Below are positions 38,268-52,300 of a stretch of 64,000 bases of DNA, in pieces. How positions within the stretch are numbered: position 1 is the first letter of the stretch; every line of letters begins with the position of its first letter. The notes beneath the pieces are model-generated. The model worked only from the letters and a program-made list of their open reading frames with translations, was not told the DNA's origin and did not search any database. The translations under genes were made by a program, and so were the position numbers. The DNA is from Gnetum montanum (Eukaryota > Plantae > Gnetophyta): positions 648,248 to 712,247 of the forward strand of contig MNCI01002984.1 of assembly GCA_015680685.1 (NCBI GenBank), in the 5' to 3' direction.

Positions 38268-40375
38268 ACATAGTGTGATGCGTTTGACCTTTTTGTACCA
38301 AACCTATCCAAACTAAACTAATCTTTATAACATAACAAATAAACTCAAGTTCAACAAGAAATGGTTATAAGAAACAATCAAAATAATTGCCAATGAGTCA
38401 ACATTGCAATTCCTTCATCAATACGCTTCTCTATTACCAATTCAATAACTATAAATACGTAGGAATCACACGGGATTAGAACTTTTCTTTGGTTCTGATT
38501 TTTTTCATTTGATGTAGTAAGTTGTTCCCTTCATCCTTTGTGTGCTTTCATGTGTGTGGGTTTAAGTTCATCGCACCTATGCAATGAAACTCTTGAAATC
38601 TTGCATTACCTTGTTATCACAATTTGATCATTTAGGTTAATACAGAGTTGAATGTTGCATGATGTGATTCAATAAAACTTTCATGTTTTGATTTTCAATT
38701 TCTTATGGACTTATGTATGTTAGGTTCTTTTTTAAATTTTCTTCTTCTTCTTCATGCCTTATCTCACATGCCTAAGCTTTTTTTTAATAAATTAATGTAT
38801 TTAATTGTGTTTTAATCTATTGTAAGAGAATGGTATTTAGAGTGATGGTAAGATGCTTGTTTTTTAGGTAATAAGACCAATCAAATAGAGGTTAGGCTTT
38901 CATGTTCTTCTAAGACCACAGTTACTAGAATGAGCATTAAGCCCAACTTAGCACAATGAGCATCAAACCTCTAGGACCACACTTATTCAAAGGAGCATAA
39001 ATCTCTAAGTTATGATCTATTTTTAATAAGTTAAGGTTATGCTTTTGTTCTTCTACTAACCCTTGCAAAACCTCACTTAGCAAAATAAGCATGAACTTGC
39101 AAGCAACCATTTTATTGCTTTTAGGTGGTATTTTAATGTTTTAAACTAAAATACATGAAAATCGTAAAATTTAAAATAATAAATATTTACAGTTTATAAT
39201 TTCATCACCTTTGATGTTTATGTGCAGTTGTGGCCAATTTCGGATGCCAATAAAATTACCAAATTTGTTATAGATTTTTGTTGCATACGTTTTATGAAAT
39301 ATAATTAACCCTACTTTGTACTCCAAAAGGGCAAATTTGTAAGTGCATACAGATGAGATTTTACATCTCTACTCGCTTTATTTTTAGTGTCATTGCCCTA
39401 ACATCAGAATTATATCCTGAAGGTATTACTATCCGTCGCTACTAATAATCTTGGATAAAATTATAAAAAAAATCAATGAAGAACATCTCGCTCAGCACCA
39501 AACGTTCACAAGCCACCACCAGCCCACAATCACCAGAAATGATGAAAAACATCTCGCAAAACAATCACTATCAAGCAACCAAAGGTGGTGAAATCTTTAA
39601 CAGTTCCTAGGATTCTCGAAATTGGAAAAAATATTAATTCAAAATTTCGTAAATTTACAATTAAAATTAACATAAAACATTACCAGGCAGAAATCATTAC
39701 AAAGAAAGTTTGAGAGTTCATAATAGCATAGTTGTTGCGAGGAGCAAAAATGATGTAAAGCAGTTACTTTACATTATAGTTTGACGCTACATTTGATACC
39801 AAGTTAAAATTTCACCCTCAAGACAATATCATAAGAAGGAATCTCACTGTAATAATGTGTGAATTTTGAGGCAGTTATTTTAAATAAAATATTAAGGAAA
39901 AGTTTGCGCAATTCTAATTTGTTGGCATTCCTTTCTTTTAAACTTTATCTGCCTCCATGATGAGATACTCCCCACTTTCTGCTTTCTCTCATTGCCATTG
40001 GCATCAATTATTTATTGGGGTTAATGGTGAAATAAATCAGAATATGCATTCTTAGTATAAAGTACAATCAGCATCACTCTTGTTAATTATCCAAACTAAA
40101 TTCTGTTGTTCCAGAATCACCTTGTAAGAAAGGGTACAAAGGTATTGTATGTTTGTACATGATGTTTGCAACTATCTTGGCTAGGTGCTATTCGCTAGAG
40201 TTGTCTCTGAACCAAAGCAGGCTATAATCAACAGAAACTTACCAACAATGTCCAAAAAGAAACGATTAGAAAGATCTAACTTGAATTTCTTCAAACTTGT
40301 TTAGGCTGAAAATATATATTTTACAATAGATCCAAGCATAAGACTATCTGGCCTAATTTCTTAGCACTTCAAAAA

Positions 40376-43300
40376 CTACGATCTCTGATTCCATGATGGA
40401 CTTGGCCGCCTTGTATCTCGGAAAATAGATGTTCCACCTGATCCTGCTGGTGAGGGTGATGACATTGCAGCTTGTGTCCCTGGAATGGTTAGAGGGGGAT
40501 ACATATGTTGACCTTGATTTCCGTACATCCTCAGTGGTGATGCGTTTGGTAGCATACCTGGCAAGATATTGCTATTATGTTGACTCTGAACATTACTTAT
40601 CGTCAAGCCAGCTCTGTACGCATGGGAAGACTGCATGAGCACCAAACCATCTGTTCAACATACGACTTTCATGCATAATTAAGAAGATAAAAGTGACTGA
40701 ACATTTATAGCTAAATATGAAAAACGAACAGTGCCACAATTACACAATATGTGTTGATATATGAATTTTACCATTAATATTGTCCTTTCGATATCTAATA
40801 TATGGAGGTGTTGGAACCCAAAATAATTAAAACATAGATACACCCCAAGATATATAGTCCAATTAGAACTTCATAACTCAGCATTGCCCACCAGAATCAA
40901 ACCCATGACTTTGGAACTTTCAAAGCAAGAGTCTTAATGCAAGGCTAACACCATTGTATTCAAGCTTTTTAAGGTATAACAAAAAGAATGTCTATATGAT
41001 TACACCACTCCTAACACACCAAGTAAAAAATCCTAAAAATTGCCAACAGTGCAAAAGTATAGTTGGAGCAAACAACAAATGACATTAAAAAATACTGGCT
41101 ATAAATAAACTATTCATCGTGGTACCTAAGAGGATTGGTCATAACATAAACTTGATGAAGAATAATGTCCTTTCGTAATATAGTTTACTACCTATTGTTG
41201 AAATTGTTGTTGTTGAAATATTCGGTGTCCAACGATTGAAATTGTAACGGTAGTTATACGTATCTATCATGTTGTCTTAATACCTTTCATAATGGTACAT
41301 ATTAGATAACGATTATGTGAGGATCATTTCAACCTTTTGCATATCTAAAATCAGAAAAGAATGGGAAGGAGAACAGTCACGAAGAACTCCGACATCTTGA
41401 ATCATAAAATGTCCAAGAAAGTTTACTATTATGATATTGCAGGTTATGACCAGGCATCTCAAGAGACGCAGAAATTAGTGAGCAGAAACCTCCTTTGCCA
41501 TCCTTTAAAGAACTGATGTTACATGTTTGTAATGTCATGTCAAGTATGTCAGCTCACAAAGGAGGAAAGAGCAACTTACCGCTTGCTACCTAAAACACTA
41601 GTACCAAGATGTAAATCATTTTAGCTTTGCCAATAGATAACATTGAAGGACGTATATGTGGCAACAGGGCATTGCAATAAAACAACTTATCAGAATGGCA
41701 GAGTTACTTCCCAGTATTGTTGCTCAATGAAAAGTAAAACTGGAGGTATAAGTTGAGTTATACCACATCAACCTCAAACTGATAGGAAAATTAGATGAGT
41801 AAATACATACTCAAATAGCATCTTTTCATGTTGCATGAATATCTTCAAGTTCGGGCGAAAGCAGCTGCTAAAGCTGAGTTGGCAAAAATGTTCTTTGTTA
41901 ACGGAACCGATAAAGGGCAATATTTGATGTGACACTTGGCATCATACAATTAATCATGCACAATTGAAATCGGTGATGAGTTAAAAGATTTTCATAAGAC
42001 TTTTTTGACAATATCAACTCATATTGAAGGATAACCTGAATTCAAGATTCAAAAAGTATAATAAAAGCATGAATAGGTAGAGGACAAATGTGTAGTTTCA
42101 GGTGAGACGATCTCTTGAAGGATGAAATATTTACTCTAGATACCTAGAGCAATTTTAGATACAAGAAATTTAATTTAGATTATGTTTTGTAGCAATCGGA
42201 GCTGCTAAAAGGAAGTAGCCATTAATGAATAACTATGCCTCTGAAGAAAAGACGTGCTCTAAACATTCCTAAAAGTCATGAAGGTCTTGAAAAGACAAAC
42301 CTGACTAGGTTGCTGAGAATTGTGTTGGCGACTATGAATTGACCCAACAAGACCATATGCATGATGCATGGCATGGGAATGAGGACTTCGTGCAAAGGCA
42401 TCCTCTAACTCTCCCTCTTCCAAATCTCCATTAGCATTACGGATGGGCTGCCTTGACTGAAACCCCTCCACTATTTCTCCATGTGCAAGAAAAGCGTGTG
42501 ACCCAGAAGATTGACCAGCTAACTGACTTCTTTTCTTCATTTCTTCCTCATTGCTAAGAATCTGTATACTCCCAAACAGGTATGGTTATAGAATTATATA
42601 TAACTGCTTCTCTTCTAGGAAAAAATTTGCAAAAGACATGTGCCACCTAGGAACTGATCTACAACATAATTTACAAACAGATGACAAAATTAAACTTTAC
42701 TTGCTTGAGCATTTGAACAAGATGATGTTTCTCCTCAGTCAACTCCTTCAATTTTGCCTCTAACTGCAGCTTTCGCTTTATTTTCTCAGAATTTGCATCT
42801 GCAGGTTTCTGTGCTTACTCAAACAGAATAGGATCAATAACTCCAGTAAATCACACTAAAAATTGTTCTAGCCAAATTTCACTTCAAAAATTAAGCTAAA
42901 ATTTAAAAATAAAAAAAAATCTAAATGAAAAAAAAAGTCTCCCGTCAAGATGAAAACTCTGGAAGACCATGTAGAGATCGTAGAAAATGTTTGGGAAAAA
43001 ATGGAAGCAGTATAACCTGCTGCAGAGAACATGACAGAAACATAAAAGAACAAATATCCTATGCACCCCTATGTGGGAAACAAAAGGAATCACTGTATTA
43101 ATCCAGTATTTGGATACTATAGAATGTTGACTATAGTCTTTGAATAGTTGTTTCTACTGAGAATACTTTGTATTTGTACATGGTGAAGGCAGTCGTCTTT
43201 TTTTTTTAGGTTAAGGCAATGCGCATGTGCAAATGCCTCCAAACTGGTATACATAGGGTGCTGGCACCAAGCTTTGAAGCTAGTAACTTCTGGTGCAAGG

Positions 43301-46300
43301 CAATGTGAGCTAACAGCCTGTGCAGGGCAGTGTCTTTTATTGCCTATTTGATCAATACTTTAAGGCACTGACAATGCCTTAATGAAATTTGTGAATAACA
43401 TTTCTGCTAACAAGACATATAAGTTGACTAAATTATGCATTGGGAACTTATACAATAATCTGGGTAAAAGATTCTGTGTCCATTGGGTTAAGGACAAGCA
43501 TACGGTAGAATTGGGATGGCCTGAACACCAGCGACCAATTTCTGATCCTGACTTTAGCCATCCTGTGTATCACTGATTTGGAAAGTACCAGATGGCCAAT
43601 ATCGTCAATCAGTGACTTCGAGGACCACACCCATTTATTTGGAGAATGGGACGGTGATATCTTGCTCTTGCCCTTGCTATGCAAGAATTTATTGATACCC
43701 CGATGCTATCCTACAGGCATGACTGCTATCAATGCCACCATTGTCTAGATCAATGCTTTAAGGCACTGACAATGTTGTAAGTTTTTAAATAATAAGAATT
43801 GTCATTAAACATTTATGTCAACAAGACATACACGTTCGATAAATTATACATCAGGGATCATTAGCTGATGAAATAATTTGGCTAAAAGGTTATCATTCCA
43901 TTGGGCTCATGATAAGCATAAGAGAATTTGGATTTCCTGACCAGCAAAGATAACTTGCCTGATCCTGATTTTAGTCCTTGGTGCACTCATTTGGGAGAGT
44001 ATCAGGTAGTCAACACTGATATCCTAGTGGCATGAATGCTATCAATGCTACAATTTCTAGACTAATGTTTTCAGTCACTAACAATGCAGGATTGAGGAAT
44101 ACATCCCAATATTTTCCAAAATGAAAATTATCAATTAACACTTAAGCCAACAAGAAATATAAGTTCAATAAATCATGCCTTGGAGATTTATGGATGATGA
44201 AATAATTTAACTAAATGGCTCTCTATCCAGTGGGCTAAGCACAAGCATAAAAAAGAATCTAGATGACCTAACAGCAACAGATCAACTGTTTAATCCAACA
44301 CTTAGTCCTTTGTGTCAGTAATTTGTAAAGTATCAAGCAACCAATATCATAAGTCCTTTGTATCACAGACCAGTTTCAGAATTTATTTTATGTAATTTTT
44401 TTTCTATAAAATTTATAACTCAATGTTACCTAGTAGAACCAAACCTGTGACCTGGGGTTACCAAGTCAAGGCCCTTACTACTAGGCTAGTGGTAAAGGTC
44501 TTGGCTTGGTAAACCCAACACTTAGTCCTTTGTATCACGAATTTGTAAAATATCAAACAGCCAATATCATCAATCAGTGACTTGGTGGACTGCACCATAC
44601 TTGCCTATTTGGAAAACATGTGATCTTACTCTTACCCTTGGTAAGAATGACTTTCTTGATACCTAATATTATCCTGGTCTCATGACTGTTACCAATGCTA
44701 CTATTTATCAAATCAACACCCTTCCCCCCTTTGAACTTTGGACATACATAGCATTCTTTTACAATTTAACCAGATTTCTATACCTACCTAGCCAAAAGTA
44801 ATTTTTTCTCACCAATTCCAATATCTTTGTTTTGCCCATATGTGCAGCCATGTCACTTTAATGCTTTTCTTCGAGAAGTTTGAACTTGAGGTCACATTTT
44901 GGAACACAAATTTTCCCATCTTTGAATAAAATCTCATTCTTTAAATGATAAGCCTTCCATTTATCAGCCCTGCCTAGCAATGGAGAACTGAACTCCTTCC
45001 AAATTGCACGAAAATCAGTATCATTGAGATACAATGAAGCAAAAGAGTCAAAACCTTGAACTTCCACATTAGAAGAAACAACATGGACTCTAGACAAAGC
45101 ATCAACTACAACATTAGACTTCCCACTTCTATGTTTCAAAACAAAATGAAACTCTTACAATTGTTCCACCAATTTTATGTGTTTAGCATTCAACTTCTTT
45201 TGAGAGTTCAAAACTTGAAGTATTCTATGATCTATTACCAAAAGAAACTTCGATTGAAGCAAGTAATGTCTCCAATGCTTGATAGCTTGAAGTGTAGCAT
45301 ATAATTCCTTCTCATATACACTATACTTTTGTCTAGATTCATTTAACTTTTTAGAAAAGAATGCACTTGGCTTACCCTCTTGAGAAAGCACACCTCCAAT
45401 GGTAAGCCCACTTACATCCACCTCCACTTCAAAAAGTTTAGAGAAGCTTAGAATTCCAATACTAGAGCACTACAAATCTTCTCCTTCAATGCTTGAAAAG
45501 AACTCATGGTTGCATCATCCCATATAAAAACTGAGTTTTTCTTCAAACAAGAGAGCATAGGCCATGCAATAGAACCAAAATTTCTAATAAACCTCCTATA
45601 GAAGCCAGCCAAACAAAGAAAAGATCTCACCTCTCCCACATCTCTAGGTGAAGGTCGTTCCTTGATTGCCTTGATCTTGTTTGGTTCCATCTTGATGTGG
45701 TTCTTGGAGATAACATGACCTAAATACACAAAATCCTTCTTCATGAAATGGCATTTCTTGGCATTGATCACCACCAATTTAGCCTTATGCAACTTTGAGC
45801 ATACCAATCTCAAGTGTTGCACATGCTATTCCTCATTAAAAGAGTACATTAGAGTATCATCAAAGAAAACAACACAACATTTACCAATAAGATCCCGTAG
45901 AACATCATGCATGAATCTCATGAAAGTAGCTAGAGCATTGGTCAGCCCAAAAGGCATGACTAACCACTCATACAAACCATCTGGTATTTTAAAAGTTGTT
46001 TTTCATTCATCTCCTAGTTTAATTCTTATTTGATGATATCCACTTTTCAAATCAATCTTTGAAAAGATTTCAGCATTAGCTAAAGCATCGAGAATATCAT
46101 CCATCCTTGGAATAAGAAACCTATACTTAATGGTGATTCTATTAATAGCTCTAGAATCAATACACATTCTCATTTCATCAATATCCTTCTTAGGAACAAG
46201 TAAAACTAGAATGACACAAGGAAAAATGGATTCCTTAATAAAGACATTAGAGAGTAGCTCACTTACTTACTTGTACAACTCCTCCCTTTGGTGCGAAGTC

Positions 46301-49300
46301 ATATAGTAAGCTCTCTCATTTGGGATCGTAGCTCTAGGCATGACGTCAATTTGGTGTTGAAAGGATCTCATTGAAGGAAGCCCTTACAATTTACCTTTGA
46401 AGACATCAACAAATTCCAATGCCAAAGGTTGCACCACTAGAGGAAGTTCATTTTGAGGTTCCACTTCACTAGTAGCAATGGTAGAAATAGAAACCATGAC
46501 CATGCTCTTCATGTTCTTTGAGATGTTCCCTTTCACTTAGCAAAATCAAAGAAGTGTTAATAGAAACATTATCTCTATATTGCTGCAATGTCATTGGAAT
46601 CAATTGATGAATCCCATCCTTCCTAGGAACTAACCAAATATTCCTAGCTCCATCATAAGTTGCCTTGTTATCATAATGCCAAGGTCTACCAAAAATGACA
46701 TTAGTACTATCTATGGGAAGAATGTCACATTGCGCTTGATCTTTGTAAGAACCAATCTTAAAAGACAAAATGCACCTTTCCTTTACATTCCGGAAGTGGT
46801 CTCTAGAAAGCCAATATACTTTGTAGGGCTTTGGATGAGGGATATTCTTCAATCCAAGCCTATCAACAGCCTTGGTGGAGATAACATTTTCTTGAGCACA
46901 TCCATCTATCAATATTTGAAGCTATTTGCCATTAGAAAGACATCTAGCTCCAATTCTAAAGAACATCTTCCTTAAAGGATCTTCACTAGCATTGACATTT
47001 TCCATTATTGAATTAATCTTAGTAATATCTTTAATTAAAGGAGCATTGGGGTTACCTTCCTTTGAAAACACTCCTTTATCAAAGGTTTGAAGTTCCTTGC
47101 CCTTTGAAGGCTTAGGTTTCTTGCATTTCATTACTTATGTTCTATCTCTCCATTACTACAACATTGGACCTTGGAAGCATTACCATTTTCCTGACCTTTC
47201 CTTTTCTTGGAATTACCCTTCTTGGAATCTTGGCCTTCTTTAGTCTTTTCTTGCTTCTCTTATGAATTATCCTTGGCATTACCTTTCTCCTTAGCTTCCT
47301 TATCTCCCTTGCAAGCTTTGGAGTCTTTGCCTTTTGAAGCTTTAGGAGCTTTGTTGAAACCTTGAAGTTTCCTTTTAGCCTTAAGAGCCAAATCAAATGA
47401 CTCGTCCAAGGTTTGAGGTTCATAAAATGTGAGTTCTTGCTAAAATTCCTTCTTGAGTCCACCTTGTAAGTTAGAAGCTTGCTCATATTCATCCCAATGG
47501 ACCTTTGCTTGTTGAAAACCTTTACAAAATTCCACATAGTATTCTTTGACACTTTTATCTCCTTGCCTCATATATTTAAGCCTTTGAATAGCCTCTTGCC
47601 TATGATGATATTTTATAAACTTTTGCTTTAACATGAATTGCATGAGAAACCAATCCTTAGTAGAAGTGCCATTGTTCACCACATATCAATGGCTTTCTTT
47701 CTCCCACCATACAAGTGTGATGCCTTCCAATTTTGTCTCAGCAAATGACACCTTTTGATGGTCTTCCACTTCTTCAAGCTCAAAGTATTTGTTAAACATC
47801 TTAAGCCAAGTGAGAAAGGATTCAATACCTTCCATTCCATTGAAGGACCTAACTTCAACATATGGCATTCTTGAAGCAGTCTGAAAGCTTTAACAAAAGC
47901 AACCTCAATTCCTTCACCTTGCTTCCTTTGAGGCCTTGAAGAGAGTTCCTTCTTCCTTTTCCTTGGAAAGGTGAACCCTTGAGATTTATTCTCAACACTT
48001 GGAACACAAAAAAGCTCATCATCTTGCTCTTCATCCTCTCCAAAGTCTTCATTTCCAAAGGAAAGATCATCTTCAAGAGAGGGCATGGAGTAATGTCTTG
48101 AAAAAGGTCTTAGTGAAGAAGCACTTGAGTTGTTCCCTTGCCTTGATGCCTTTGATGTAGAAGCATGTCCTTTGTTCTCTTCTAGCTTTTCAAGTTTCTC
48201 AAGAATGAGCTTGACACACTTCTCATGTCATCCATGTCTCTTGACAAAGCTTGAGCTATCTTCTTCTTTGAAGTCGTGGTGATAATGACCTAAAAATGAA
48301 AAATCCACAAAATTCTACAAGAAAAATAGAATATCCAAGATTTCCAAAGGAATGAAACAAGAAGTACTCAAATCTTAGGAGAAATGAGTTCAAGATCTCC
48401 AAACCCTAGCTATTATAAGCTAATGGATATCCAATTCTACAATTATTTTTCAAATCTTTAAAGATATAACAAACTTAGGAATCAAAGGAATTTTTCCAAA
48501 ACCTAGGATGAATGGAAAAGGCAACAAGAATTCAAACCAAAATTAAGAATTTCAAGTGACTCCTTGCAATTGAGGTGAGGATTATCCACTTGAATTTTCT
48601 TCCACCAAAAGCTTTGATACCAATCTGATGTAGAGCTCCCTTGGATTCCACAATCCAAGATTTCTCAAACCAAAACAAGACCAAATTGAACATTAAAAGA
48701 AGAGGAAAAGCTTTATTCTTGCTCAAGAAAATGTAAGTACAAGCACAAAAGAAGCACATACTCCCAAGGATAGACAAGTGATTCAATCCAACCCTCACAC
48801 CACACTCAAGAAGGATGATCAAAGCAATTGGCCACCCACACACTCTCTTCTCACTCTTGGACTCTCAACTCATAATTCTCACTCCCTAAACATTCTTGAC
48901 CAAATGGAGGCCCAAGAGGTCTATCTATACTTTTTCCTCATGTCCTCTCATCTTCCTTGATCTTCAAAATTACAATTCTGAGTTTGGTGAATGAAGAAGT
49001 CTTTCCTGAGTGTGGGCAGATGACTGAAAAGATGTCTTTATCATGTGGACGACATCTTTAAGCTAAGGGAAGATGCCTTTAGCCTCCAGAAGATGTCATT
49101 CCAAAGAGTAGCAACAATGCACAAAAGACTCTTTCAATACAGAAGACATCTTTCAGCAGGGATCTTTCAAGTGTGAAAGATGTCTTTCTAGCCCACAGTC
49201 AAAATAGCAAGACGTCCATCATGAAGTCCAAAATTGCCAACATCACCTCAAATCAACTTCCCTTGCTCCCAAACACCTGTTGGACTAGCAAGGACATACA

Positions 49301-52300
49301 AACACAATGAAAACATACATACACAACGAGAAACACACAAAAACAATCCATTGAGGATGACACATGGGCTGGGTAATGTCCTCATCAGAGAACCAGGAGG
49401 ATAAGAAAGATATTCATCTAATTCACATTAATGGTTCAATTTTAGCAACTGCTCTGCATGCTTTACAGTATTCATGAGAAAATAAAACAGTGCTGTATTT
49501 CTCTAGAATTATATTTGTGTTTTTGGTACCAAGGGAATGAATGATTTCTAAGCATGAATGAAGAATGTCTTTCTATATGGATGACTGCATTATTCTTTAA
49601 AAAATAAAGAAATTGTTTAAGGCACATTTGATGTGTTGTTTTCGATTTGCTTTTGTATGTGTTTACATTTTTCAAGTTCAAAAATCACTGTTGCAATAGG
49701 CCTTTGCTTTACTTTTTCTTTGACCCTGGATGTTCTTGTTCTTTTGTTGAAACTAAAATTCACTTTCAGTGACAATCAAAATCAAGGCTTTCTATGAACC
49801 AGCGAATTTGTTATTATATTTCAAATTTGGAAATATGTGGGTAGTTTGATCATCCATGATAATTTGCATGTCCACAGAAATTAGATTGTTCAGAGCTGTG
49901 TTATCAATTTGCAACTGCTACATAAAATTTGCAGAATAGGTACAAAACCCAGCACTGCAGGGTGCCTGGTGGTTTTTAAAAACCACTAAGCCCCTAAAGT
50001 AAAAGTATACCCCTTTTTCAACCAAATGGCTGTTCCGACATTTTTTGTCAAAAATTAATGTGAATTTTCCATCCCTAGATTCATTCATTTACTGTAAACC
50101 TCAAAGAGAAATTCAGATGTAAAAATTAAAAATAAATAAAAAGGAAATGAGTATGTAAAGTTCAAAAACATATAGCACTAAAGAAAAATCTAGAATAGAA
50201 GAGCATTTCAACTTTTAAGAGAGAGAGGTCAATGTCATATTGAAGAGGATAAAAGACTTCCCTAGTGAGAATACCATCAGTCTAAAGAGGTATTCAATGT
50301 CATGTAAAACACAACATGAAGCAATGAAAAGACAGTCATGATTGTGATTTCTATTAAGTTTTTATTTATTCTTTCATGTTCCGTCTTTTATCCCTTGAAG
50401 TTCTATTTTCACTATAAATTTGCATTAACTTTTGATCAAGCTTTTAGCCTTCCTTTTCAATATGCATAATCATTTATTTCATTTTTTTTATTCAAGCTCT
50501 CCTCATTCTGAAAATTAGAAAACATCTGATTATATGTTTATAATTTGATGAAGTTTCTTTGATAAAGATATGAAGAATTTTGTTGAATATTAATAAAAAT
50601 GGGTGAATAATTGTTTAATGCATGATATTTTTTGTTAAAAAAAGAATCATTGGCAAATAGCATTTAGTTGTATGAGTAGATAACAATTAGAAATATGAAT
50701 GTTCTGTTATATATCAGATTTTAGGGTTGAATGCAGGATGCAATTATGAAGAATGATGAAGTTCTAGGCTTCATAGGAATTGTTGATAGAAATTCCTTAT
50801 CTCTAGTTCTATACAGCTTTTAAAAAAATCATATCTCACAAATGGTGTACTGTTATACTTTGAAAAAGGATTAATTGAGGAAAAATAGATCAAAAATTCT
50901 TTTCAGAAAATTGAGTTATAAAGTTGTCTCTTTAACTAATTACAAGTTGGCTTCAAAATTGATGTCTGCCTGTGTTTTGAGCATATCTTTTTTCTTTCAT
51001 AATATTTTTTAATGATTTTTAATTCATTTGGAAGCTAAAACATAGACCTATACATGATTAAAACTTCATAGCTTCAGATATAAAAATTCAATTCTGTCAT
51101 TTTTTACAGCAATTGGGATTATCCAGAGAAAGGTAATCATACTGCCTTTTTTTTAGCAAAATAAAATTTGCATGCAACAAGAACTTAAAGAAATGTTGTA
51201 GTGTATATAGCCTAGAAGATCCAAAAATAGGGGTAGGCATCAGTAACTGCCCTTGATCATCCAGGCTCCCATATTCTGGCTGTCATTATTCAACACAACT
51301 TGCTCTCAATTTCTCTTAGCCTATAAAATTACCTTCTCCTCATTGTTGGAATCCAAAATCAAAACACTGGATCCTGTCATAGCTGATATGGTGAATTATT
51401 TACCTACAAAATTTTCCACTTGAAAAATTATTTACAGAAAGCAGACATGTTGTCAGAGATTAAGAATTTCCAGTTTAAGAATCACTGCCAAAAGATGCTC
51501 ATTTTCCATAACACCATTTTCTGCAATAAAGAGCACCGCACAAAAATCCTACTTTTCCCTGTGACTTTCAACATACTATATGGACAATATGATAGTGTGT
51601 CAATACACTATGTTGAGATTTCATACAATGTCCATACTGAAAGAGAACTCATGAATTAAGACAAAATTAAGAAGCACATCCTGGATTTATCCTCAAACCA
51701 TACATCTTCCAATCATCATTCCCCATGTATAAAATTCCACATATATATATGCATCCCTTTACTTCCAACGAGTTAAATCGTTCCCTGTTCCCAACTACTT
51801 TCAACCCAAGTAATCCCTTAAATAATGATTTTATTTATGAAAATGTGGATTCGTTCAATTTCTCATCATGGTGAGAATATTTAATTCAGTTTAATGAAAA
51901 TACTATAAGCTCCATATGCTAAATTTATTATTTGATATTTCACACATTATTGTTCTAGGGCCTAGAACTCTCTGGATTTCCTGGACACCAAATTAGGTTT
52001 TGCTCTGCTCAAGGCCAAAAGTACATTTAACCATACTTTGAAAATGCAGATCAAGATGAAGAACTTAGCTTTCATTTTGGAGATTAAAATTGCTGGAATG
52101 ATCGGGATTGTGAACCAGAATTGCATGGAATCACACAATAAAAAATGCCTCTAAAAATGATAAAAGAACATGAAATGCCTTATAGAATCTCTCTAATACA
52201 GGATCAGCTGAGAATGATTCTTTTTAAAAAAAGAAAGGAACTGTATATGAGAAGATATATCCAAAACCATTTATGACAAGATTGAAGCTTGGCCTTTTGA

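Noticed and set aside
41810-41875. Candidate extra exon of the 428-aa gene
   Set aside because: The phase-0 reading from the nearby acceptors hits TGA; the 41580-41589 micro-exon resolves the frame with better splice sites.
44712-44732. AGGGGGGAAGGG-TGTTGA as PPT plus 3' LTR of the CRM-like element
   Set aside because: The following sequence does not match the 48626-49387 LTR and belongs to the intronic tandem repeat; the purine run overlaps integrase codons (SKG).
49860-52100. Possible DNA-transposon or MITE remnants
   Set aside because: Composition is suggestive but I could not identify TIRs, a TSD or transposase motifs.
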